Assembly (NCBI GenBank): GCA_949524905.1
Contig: CATINC010000004.1
Location: 51,840-115,839 of the forward strand
Direction: 5' to 3'
Source: Opitutia bacterium UBA7350
Lineage (GTDB): Bacteria; Verrucomicrobiota; Verrucomicrobiia; Opitutales; Coraliomargaritaceae
Length of the DNA: 64,000 bases
The position numbers and the translations under genes were made by a program. Numbering within the stretch: position 1 is the stretch's first letter; each line of letters opens with the position of its first letter. Below the pieces are notes generated by a model. The model saw only the letters and a list, made by a program, of their open reading frames with translations. It made no database searches and had not been told where the DNA came from. This document shows positions 16,124 to 23,790 of the stretch, piece by piece.

Positions 16124-17878
16124 ATGATAAATTCAAAACTCCACTTTACTAGTTTCTTGATCCTCCTTGGGAGCATCCTACTTCATGGCGGTGAACGTCC
16201 GAATGTTCTTCTGATTGTTTGCGATGACTTGAATACGGACCTCTCGGGTTATGGCGGACATCCACAGTCCGTAACGCCGAACATTGAGCGACTCATGGAT
16301 CGTTCGGTATCATTCAAGCAGGCGCATTGCACGATCCCGATTTGCGCGCCCTCGCGGTCGAGTTTCCTAACCGGCATCTACCCGCACACCTCCAATAATT
16401 TTGGAATGAGTCATTGGCAGAAAAATGAAATCCTCGCAAATTCAAGCACTATTTCCGGACACTTCAAGCGCAACGGTTACTACACCCTTGGGACGGGGAA
16501 GGTCATGCACAACTACGTACCCGACCAGTGGGACGAGTTTAAATCCGAATCCGACTACGGTCCTTTCGCCTTTAACGGAGAAGAAGACGTTCCACATCCG
16601 ATGACCCCATCGCCTTTCCGGGATGATTTTGGCAAGATCGACGGTTCCTTTGGTCCCTTTATTAACTTGGAGGGGCGCGATTTTGGCGATGGCAAACAAT
16701 ACCGTTGGCGCAGCGGGAATTGGAAAAACACCTATGATATTGAATTCACCAGTGAAGCAGACCGAAGTTTCACCGCCGACGAAAGCAATGCCCAATGGGC
16801 CATCCAACGACTCGCGGAACTTGCATCTAAAAAGCGCGCGCAACCCTTCTTTATGGCGGTCGGATTTATGCGCCCCCACACCCCTCTGATCGTTCCCCAA
16901 CGCTTCTTTGATCGCTACCCCATCGAAAGTCTCGACCTGCCGGTAATCCTTGAGAACGACGCGGACGATACCTTTTTGCTTCAATCACGCGGGGGCAATG
17001 ACCGGGGACGCAAGATTTATAAAAGTCTGGTTGCTTCCTATGGCGGTGATCGTGAGTTGGCGCTCAAACATTTTGTGCAAGCCTACCTCGCTTGCGTCGC
17101 TTCGATTGACGAGCACATCGGGGGTATATTGGAAACTTTGGAGAAAACAGGGCTCATCGATAATACTGTCATTGTTTTTACCAGCGACCACGGATGGGGC
17201 AACGGTCCCAAGGACGTTGTTTATAAAAACACCCTCTGGGAAGAAAGTACCCGCGTTCCGCTTATTATTAGCGCACCGGGGGTTTCAAAACAAGATGTGA
17301 TAGTTGAGCAACCGGTCTCATTAGTGGATCTTTTTCCGACCCTCATAGAACTGTGCGGTTTGCCTGAAGAGACACGACTGGGTGATCAGGGTGTGCCTCT
17401 GGACGGGCATAGCCTCGTACCATTCTTGAGGAAAGCTGACAGCGCAAACTGGTCTGGGCCGGCGGCGGCATTGACAACAATACACAAATGGAATGATCAC
17501 GATCCTGCCAAGCAAAGCTATTCCCTACGTAGTAAGAATTGGCGTTACATTCGCTATCACAACGGCGATGAAGAACTCTATCACAACGCCGCCGATCGCC
17601 ACGAATGGACTAATCTTTCTGCCAAGCCTAAATATGCATCCGTAATGAACGCCTTTAGAAAGGAGATGGACCACAGGGTGTATCAGACATTTGCGCAACA
17701 AGCGTTACCCTCCGTAGTGCCCAAAGCGGAATCAAGGGCAACGGCGACCAAAGATGCTGGGGAAGCGTGGAAGGATAAATATTTTAAAAAGTACCCTGAG
17801 TCTGATTCAAATGGAGACGGCACTTTGTCCTGGCCCGAATACAAAAAGCATAAATCAGCGCTGGATTCTCAAAGCTAA
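16124..17878 (+). CDS. Secreted sulfatase (Cys-type) with a C-terminal EF-hand-like Ca-binding loop
   Basis: 584 aa. Signal peptide MINSKLHFTSFLILLGSILLHG. Motifs: LLIVCDDLNTDLSGYGG, CAPSRSSFLTGIYP, VFTSDHGW. The C-terminal DSNGDGTLSWPE (17804-17839) fits the 12-residue EF-hand loop consensus. Confidence 0.92.
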   Translation: MINSKLHFTSFLILLGSILLHGGERPNVLLIVCDDLNTDLSGYGGHPQSVTPNIERLMDRSVSFKQAHCTIPICAPSRSSFLTGIYPHTSNNFGMSHWQKNEILANSSTISGHFKRNGYYTLGTGKVMHNYVPDQWDEFKSESDYGPFAFNGEEDVPHPMTPSPFRDDFGKIDGSFGPFINLEGRDFGDGKQYRWRSGNWKNTYDIEFTSEADRSFTADESNAQWAIQRLAELASKKRAQPFFMAVGFMRPHTPLIVPQRFFDRYPIESLDLPVILENDADDTFLLQSRGGNDRGRKIYKSLVASYGGDRELALKHFVQAYLACVASIDEHIGGILETLEKTGLIDNTVIVFTSDHGWGNGPKDVVYKNTLWEESTRVPLIISAPGVSKQDVIVEQPVSLVDLFPTLIELCGLPEETRLGDQGVPLDGHSLVPFLRKADSANWSGPAAALTTIHKWNDHDPAKQSYSLRSKNWRYIRYHNGDEELYHNAADRHEWTNLSAKPKYASVMNAFRKEMDHRVYQTFAQQALPSVVPKAESRATATKDAGEAWKDKYFKKYPESDSNGDGTLSWPEYKKHKSALDSQS

Positions 17879-17897
17879 AACACGATAGTATCCCATA

Positions 17898-19310
17898 ATG
17901 AAGCTCTTAAACTATATCGGCGGCGACTGGGTAGACAGCGACGATGCCATTGAAATTTTTAATCCTGCCAACGGCGAGCGCATCGGCTCGGTTGCAGCAG
18001 CTAGTGAAGCAGACGTCGATCGCGCTCTAGAACAGGCTCAAAAAGCAAGCCTAGTCTATGGTGCTTTAACAATTAACGAGCGAAAGACGCTCATCGACTC
18101 TGTGATTACGAAGCTTAAGGAAGCGGAGTCTGAAATTGTCAATCTTCTGGTTGAGGAAACCGGGAAGACGCATGAAATCGCGAGCTACGATTTCAACATG
18201 CTGGTCGATTGCCTTAGTTATTACGTAGAAGAGGTAAAACGACACTATGGGGAGACCATTCCTGACTATGACGGCGGTCATTTGAATTTCCTTTCGTATC
18301 AACCGATTGGTGTAGTGGCAGCTGTGCTCACCTGGAATTTCCCCTTGTTGAACTTGGGCTACAAACTGGGACCCGCTCTTGCAAGTGGTTGCGCCTCGGT
18401 CATTAAAATAAGCGAACGCACGCCGATGGCCTCTATGCGCGTGGCCGAATTGATCCATGAAATCGGTTTTCCTGCGGGCACGGTGAATTTTCTGTGTGGA
18501 GGGGGCAGGGTAGTCATACCGGCTTTGGCAAGAAGTAAGATCCCTCGGATGCTGACCATGATTGGTTCTACGCTAGCCGGTAAAAAAATGATCGAAGCTT
18601 CACCCACCACCGTGAAACGCTTTTCACTTGAGCTGGGTGGCGATGCACCGGTTCTCGTTTTTGATGATGCCGATTTTGATGCCGCTGTTGCCGATGTCGT
18701 CGGCTTGAAACTGGCGAATGCGGGTCAAATCTGCGTCGCGCCCAACCGAGTCTTTGTCCATGAATCCATTTATGAAGCCTTTATTGAAAAAGCAAAAGCG
18801 CTGATGGAGAGCTACCGTTTTCTGGATGATTCCGGTAACGGTCCGGAGTTGAGTCCGCTCTGCACCAAGGCAAGCCTTGAGCAAATGGTGGATTTTTGTC
18901 AGCCCGCAAACCACGGGGGTATTGTGGTGACCGGCGGTAAGCGCGCCGAGCGTCCGGGCTATTTCCTTGAGCCGACCCTTATTCGCGACGTTGATCGCAA
19001 TTCCAAACTTACCTGCGAGGAAATTTTCGGACCCATCATGCCCGTGATGCCATTCAATGATTCAGAAGACATCTTTGCACTCGCTAATGATACGGTCTAC
19101 GGACTTTCTGCCTATGTTTACACAAAGAGCCTGAGTCGCGCCCTTGAAGCGGAGAAACGCCTTCTCTTTGGCAATATTCTCATTAACGAAGCTTTCTATT
19201 CTCTGCAATTGCCACACGGCGGCTTAAAGCAAAGCGGTTTTGGTAAAGACGTCAGTCGTCTTGCCCTGGATGATTACTACGACATCAAGCGCATTTCCAT
19301 CAAACGCTAA
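17898..19310 (+). CDS. NAD(P)-dependent aldehyde dehydrogenase; candidate 3,6-anhydrogalactose dehydrogenase
   Basis: 470 aa. ALDH motifs LELGGDAP (catalytic Glu) and ANAGQICVAPNRVFV (catalytic Cys), plus EEIFGPIMPV. The substrate assignment comes from gene context only. Confidence 0.9.
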   Translation: MKLLNYIGGDWVDSDDAIEIFNPANGERIGSVAAASEADVDRALEQAQKASLVYGALTINERKTLIDSVITKLKEAESEIVNLLVEETGKTHEIASYDFNMLVDCLSYYVEEVKRHYGETIPDYDGGHLNFLSYQPIGVVAAVLTWNFPLLNLGYKLGPALASGCASVIKISERTPMASMRVAELIHEIGFPAGTVNFLCGGGRVVIPALARSKIPRMLTMIGSTLAGKKMIEASPTTVKRFSLELGGDAPVLVFDDADFDAAVADVVGLKLANAGQICVAPNRVFVHESIYEAFIEKAKALMESYRFLDDSGNGPELSPLCTKASLEQMVDFCQPANHGGIVVTGGKRAERPGYFLEPTLIRDVDRNSKLTCEEIFGPIMPVMPFNDSEDIFALANDTVYGLSAYVYTKSLSRALEAEKRLLFGNILINEAFYSLQLPHGGLKQSGFGKDVSRLALDDYYDIKRISIKR

Positions 19311-19314
19311 GACC

Positions 19315-20469
19315 ATGAAGATTGCTGACATTCAATGCTTCCCCTTGCGCTCTGACCTCAATCGGGCGATTGGCTTCTCGCAATGGTATTACACCGCTAA
19401 GAATAATTGCCTGATCAAGATCACCTGTGAGGACGGCACGATCGGCTGGGGCGAATGCTATGGGCCAAGCATGGCGATTGCTTCTTCAGTGGAACATCAT
19501 TTCAAACCTTTGCTCATCGGAAAAAATGCACTTCAGAACGAGCATCTTTGGAGCCACCTTTGGCGCGCTTATCACGATTTCAACCGTAGTGGTATTTTTA
19601 TGGCGGCCATATCGGGACTCGATATCGCGCTGTGGGACATTAAAGGCAAAGCACTTCAGGTGCCGGTTCGCACCTTACTGGGTGGTTCCGATGACCCCAT
19701 CCCTTGTTACGCCACTGGTATGTATTTTCGCAACGACAAAGACGAACCGGAGATGCTCGAAGAGTTGCTCAACGAAGCCACAGGCTATTTGAAACAGGGC
19801 TACGATTTCCTAAAGGTCAAGATCGGTAAGAATATCGAATTTGACCGCGAACTTGTATCTCAATTCCGCGAACGTTTCCCGGGAACGAAAATCGCTGCCG
19901 ATTCGAATCACGCCTACAATTTCAAGGAAGCGCTGGATATGGCGCAACTACTTGAATCACTCGAATACCGTTGGTTCGAAGAGCCGCTTGCTCCCGATAA
20001 TTATGCCGACATGGCGCGTTTGCGTCAATCAACCACCGTGCCAATTGCGGCGGGTGAGTGCGAGCAAACCCGATTCGGCTTCGAACGCCTCGCACGTGCG
20101 GGCAGTCTCGATATTTATCAACCTGACATCGCGTACTGCGGCGGGCTTAGCGAGTTTCAGAAGATTATTGCGATCGCTTCGGCGGCACATGCGGACGTGG
20201 TGCCGCATTGCTGGGGTCTCAAGGTAAACCAAGCCGTTGCTGCCTCAGCGATCAGTATGTTGCCGGACAACCCTGGGCGTTTTGAAGGACGATCCGTTTA
20301 TCTGGAGATGGATCAAACGGAGCATCCAGTGCGCGATTCGATTTTTACCAGGGCACACAGCATCAAAGATGGAATGTTGCATTTCAACGACTCGACTGGA
20401 CTCGGCGTTGAGGTCGATGAGTCGACCTTGCTTGGTTATGTCGTTAAGGTAAACCAGAACGCCCAATAG
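19315..20469 (+). CDS. Enolase-superfamily (mandelate racemase/muconate lactonizing) enzyme; candidate 3,6-anhydrogalactonate cycloisomerase or sugar-acid dehydratase
   Basis: Starts at MKIADIQCFPL (ATG 19315, 4 nt after the ALDH stop); the 19240 start in the ORF track overlaps the ALDH. Shows the MR/MLE pattern: GWGECYG, DIALWDIKGK, KVKIG, DSNHAY, WFEEP, AAGE, IYQPDI, HCWG. Confidence 0.88.
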   Translation: MKIADIQCFPLRSDLNRAIGFSQWYYTAKNNCLIKITCEDGTIGWGECYGPSMAIASSVEHHFKPLLIGKNALQNEHLWSHLWRAYHDFNRSGIFMAAISGLDIALWDIKGKALQVPVRTLLGGSDDPIPCYATGMYFRNDKDEPEMLEELLNEATGYLKQGYDFLKVKIGKNIEFDRELVSQFRERFPGTKIAADSNHAYNFKEALDMAQLLESLEYRWFEEPLAPDNYADMARLRQSTTVPIAAGECEQTRFGFERLARAGSLDIYQPDIAYCGGLSEFQKIIAIASAAHADVVPHCWGLKVNQAVAASAISMLPDNPGRFEGRSVYLEMDQTEHPVRDSIFTRAHSIKDGMLHFNDSTGLGVEVDESTLLGYVVKVNQNAQ

Positions 20470-20485
20470 ATAGAAACGCTCTAAA

Positions 20486-21127
20486 ATGAAAAATCACTTT
20501 TCAGAATCAATACGAAGGGAAATCGCCGCCTCACGTGCAATTGCTACCGTGACGATCGAAAATACCGAAAACGTGAAAACACTTGCGGAAGCGTTACTTG
20601 CCGGCGGGATTCGTTGTATCGAGATCACTCTGCGCACACCTGTCGCGCTTGAGTCGATGCAAATTGTAGCACAGGCTTTTCCGGAGATGCAGGTGATCGC
20701 GGGAACCGTGATTGCGCCGGAACAGATCAAAGCCGTTCAGGATGCGGGCGCCGTTTGTGCGGTCGCCCCGGGGATGAATCGCAAAGTCATCGAAGCGGCG
20801 CTGGATGCCAATCTACCCTTTGCTCCCGGCGTTGCCACCCCCAGTGAAATCGAGACCGCCCTCGAGTACGATTGTGACATCATGAAACTCTTTCCCGCAG
20901 AACCTCTGGGCGGATTGTCATACTTAAAAAATATGCAGACCCCGTATGCCCATCTCGGTATCCAGTTTATTCCGCTCGGCGGGCTGAATGCCAAAAACGC
21001 TGAGGTCTATCTTCAGGAGGCATTTATTCTCGCGGTGGGCGGTTCATGGATCGCCAAAACCGACGCCATTAAGGCGGGCGATTGGGCAGGCATTACCGCA
21101 CGTGCCGCCGCGCTTACTTCCAATTAA
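20486..21127 (+). CDS. 2-keto-3-deoxy-6-phospho-(gluconate/galactonate) aldolase, Eda/DgoA family
   Basis: 213 aa. Motifs: IEITLRTP, IAGTVI, APGVATPSEI, IMKLFPAE, typical of class I KDPG/KDPGal aldolases. Confidence 0.88.
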   Translation: MKNHFSESIRREIAASRAIATVTIENTENVKTLAEALLAGGIRCIEITLRTPVALESMQIVAQAFPEMQVIAGTVIAPEQIKAVQDAGAVCAVAPGMNRKVIEAALDANLPFAPGVATPSEIETALEYDCDIMKLFPAEPLGGLSYLKNMQTPYAHLGIQFIPLGGLNAKNAEVYLQEAFILAVGGSWIAKTDAIKAGDWAGITARAAALTSN

Positions 21128-21141
21128 TTGAAGCATTTATC

Positions 21142-22233
21142 ATGAAAAAAGTCGTAACCTTTGGAGAAGTGATGCTGCGCTTTGCGCCGCGTGAACACTA
21201 CCGATTTGAACAAGTTGCGCCGGGCGAAATGGATCTCACCTTTGGTGGGGCCGAAAGCAACGTGGCGGCTTCTATTGCAATGTTTGGTGGTGCTGCCCGT
21301 TTTGTGACGGCATTGCCCAAGCATGCCATCGCGGATGCCTTTATGCGTCAGATGCGGGGATTTGAAGTGGATATGGATTCGGTGGTACGCCGGGAGGAGG
21401 GCCGTTTCGGCGCTTACTTTGTTGAAACGGGCGCCAACCAGCGTCCAAGTCGTGTAATCTACGACCGTGAACACAGCGCGGTTTCCCTTTGCCCGGGCAA
21501 CGCTTATGATTGGGATAGCGTTTTAGCGGATGCACAGTGGCTTCATATTTCCGGCATAACGCTGGCGATTTCCGAAACAGCTGCACAAACCGCAATCTTC
21601 GCCGCAGAAAAAGCTCAGGCTGCTGGAGTTACGGTTTCCTGTGACTTGAACTTCCGCAAAAACCTCTGGCGCTGGCGTCCGGGAACCGACGCCCAAACAC
21701 TCGCCCGTGAGGTCATGCCGCAATTCCTTGAGCGCGTAAATGTCGTTATCGGCAACGAGGAAGACGCCGCGGACGTTCTGGATATTCACGCAGGTGACAG
21801 CGATGTACATGCCGGATCGCTTCAGATCGAACGCTATCCTGACGTTGCCCGTCAAATTGTCCAACGCTTCGACAAGGTGCAGTCGGTTGCCATCACTTTG
21901 CGCGAAAGTATTTCCGCTAGTCACAACAATTGGGGGGCGATGCTCTATGATGCCGCTTCCGACGCTGCTTCCTTTGCTCCCTTGAACGGCGAGGACTACC
22001 AACCCTACGAGATCCGAAACATCGTCGACCGTGTCGGCGGCGGTGATTCCTTTGCTGCGGGGCTTATTTTTGCCATAACTTGTGGTGATTTGAAATCACC
22101 ACAGGAACAGGTAAGCTTTGCGGTGGCGGCTTCTTGCCTCGCGCATTCCGTAAAGGGCGATTCTAATTACAATAATCGTGCCGAGGTTGAAACGCTCATG
22201 CGAGGTGATGCCTCCGGTCGTGTACAGCGTTAA
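21142..22233 (+). CDS. PfkB-family sugar-acid kinase (2-keto-3-deoxy-gluconate/galactonate kinase-like)
   Basis: Start MKKVVTFGEVMLRFAP at ATG 21142; the 21082 start in the track overlaps the aldolase. Motifs: GGAESNVA, and the C-terminal DRVGGGDSFAAGL (PfkB anion-hole/catalytic Asp motif). Confidence 0.85.
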   Translation: MKKVVTFGEVMLRFAPREHYRFEQVAPGEMDLTFGGAESNVAASIAMFGGAARFVTALPKHAIADAFMRQMRGFEVDMDSVVRREEGRFGAYFVETGANQRPSRVIYDREHSAVSLCPGNAYDWDSVLADAQWLHISGITLAISETAAQTAIFAAEKAQAAGVTVSCDLNFRKNLWRWRPGTDAQTLAREVMPQFLERVNVVIGNEEDAADVLDIHAGDSDVHAGSLQIERYPDVARQIVQRFDKVQSVAITLRESISASHNNWGAMLYDAASDAASFAPLNGEDYQPYEIRNIVDRVGGGDSFAAGLIFAITCGDLKSPQEQVSFAVAASCLAHSVKGDSNYNNRAEVETLMRGDASGRVQR

Positions 22234-22245
22234 CCCCTTATCATT

Positions 22246-23772
22246 ATGAGAGTTAATCTACTGTTCGTTTTTTTATTTGTCACGGTCGCCACGGGGGCAG
22301 ATTACTACCTTAACGCTGAATTCGGCTCTGACGCCGCAAACGGTCTAAGCGAAAGGACGGCTTGGCGCAGTCTTGAACGCTTGAATAAGCAAGCGCTCAA
22401 AGCCGGTGACCGCATCCTGCTCGAGGCGGGGCAGGTTTTTCCCGGGCAATTCCATTCCAAGGATTCCGGAAGCGAGGCTGAGCCCATTCAGATGCTCAGT
22501 TATGGGGAGGGTGCCAAGCCGCGCATCGAGGCTCGAGGCAAATTTCAAACCGCGCTTTTGCTGGAGAATGTTTCCCATTGGATCATCGAAGGCATCGAAA
22601 TTACGAATACCGGGCCGGAACCGCAGGCGAAGCGACGTGGGGTCTTGATAAGAGCGAATGCAGGTGGGGTCCACAGAAATATTGTCCTACGCGGACTAAC
22701 GATTCGCGATGTTAACGGATCGATTTCAAAAAACAAGGGTGGGGGAACCGCTATCCGTTGGGAGGTCAGTAACCAGAAAAAACCGACTCGCATGGAGGGT
22801 CTCCTGATTGAGGACTGCCACGTATTGCGCTGTGACCGCGATGCTATCAAGGGTTGGATGGATCCCTGGGACGATCTTTCAAATTTGAGCACGGGCATTA
22901 TTATTCGGGGCAATTTACTTGAGGATATCGGCGGCGACGGCATTGTACCTATTGGAACCGAGGGTGCCTTGATAGAGTACAATCGTTTGTACGGTGCACG
23001 TCAGCGCATAGAGGGTCTTAATACCAGGGAAGTCACGCACTATGCAGGTCCGAGCGTGGGCATCTGGCCGTGGAGCAGCAAAAATACGCACGTGCGATTC
23101 AATGAGGTTTGGAATTATGCCGGTACGTTTGATGGACAGGGCTTGGACTCCGACTTCAATTGCTCAGGAACCCTTTTTGAATACAACCTGAGTGCGCAGA
23201 ACGCCGGTGGGTTCTTCCTGATTTGCAATTGGTCGAAGCATCAGGACTCCGGGCAATCGATCGGCAACTCCGGCACAATAATCCGCCACAACGTCAGTTT
23301 TAATGACCGCATCCGTGGTTTCGTTCTCAATGGCCCTGTCGAGACCGTAAGCCTTCACGGTAATGTCATTTACAACACCGTGGAGGATATCTTTCAACTT
23401 ATTGTTGATACACCCTGGGAGGGTGGACGTTTCTCGGAGTCGGTCACCGTAACCGACAATCTTTTCTTCACCCGTGGCGAGGCTCAGATTTATCAAGGCA
23501 CCTGGGGCGGCGGCGGCATGGGACTCTGGAAAGCCCAAAAGAAAATCAGCCGTCAAAACTTTGACTTTAAGGGCAACGCCTACACCCGCGTGACTGGATT
23601 TAAGGGGACGGAGCATATCGAGCCGGGAAAGATTCAATTGAAAAATTCCGAGACTCTGGGATCTTTGATCGGTCGTTTTGACGCTGACCTTAAAGTGCGT
23701 GCAAATTTTGACCGCATGCACCGTTTCCTTGAGAAGTCGCGCTATTGGTCGCTGCTTCAAGCTGCACTTTGA
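22246..23772 (+). CDS. Secreted right-handed parallel beta-helix protein; candidate polysaccharide hydrolase or lyase of unknown family
   Basis: 508 aa. Signal peptide MRVNLLFVFLFVTVATGA. The N-terminal cap reads DYYLNAEFGSDAANGLSERTAWRSLERLNKQALKAGDRILLEAGQVF. It is followed by about 10 PbH1-like coils at 22-30 aa spacing: WIIEGIEITNTG, IVLRGLTIRDVNG, LLIEDCHVLRCDRDAIKG, IIIRGNLLEDIGGDGIVP, ALIEYNRLYGA, THVRFNEVWNYAG, TLFEYNLSAQNAGG, TIIRHNVSFND, VSLHGNVIYNT, VTVTDNLFFT. Confidence 0.7.
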   Translation: MRVNLLFVFLFVTVATGADYYLNAEFGSDAANGLSERTAWRSLERLNKQALKAGDRILLEAGQVFPGQFHSKDSGSEAEPIQMLSYGEGAKPRIEARGKFQTALLLENVSHWIIEGIEITNTGPEPQAKRRGVLIRANAGGVHRNIVLRGLTIRDVNGSISKNKGGGTAIRWEVSNQKKPTRMEGLLIEDCHVLRCDRDAIKGWMDPWDDLSNLSTGIIIRGNLLEDIGGDGIVPIGTEGALIEYNRLYGARQRIEGLNTREVTHYAGPSVGIWPWSSKNTHVRFNEVWNYAGTFDGQGLDSDFNCSGTLFEYNLSAQNAGGFFLICNWSKHQDSGQSIGNSGTIIRHNVSFNDRIRGFVLNGPVETVSLHGNVIYNTVEDIFQLIVDTPWEGGRFSESVTVTDNLFFTRGEAQIYQGTWGGGGMGLWKAQKKISRQNFDFKGNAYTRVTGFKGTEHIEPGKIQLKNSETLGSLIGRFDADLKVRANFDRMHRFLEKSRYWSLLQAAL

Positions 23773-23790
23773 AGTAACACAATTAAACCA

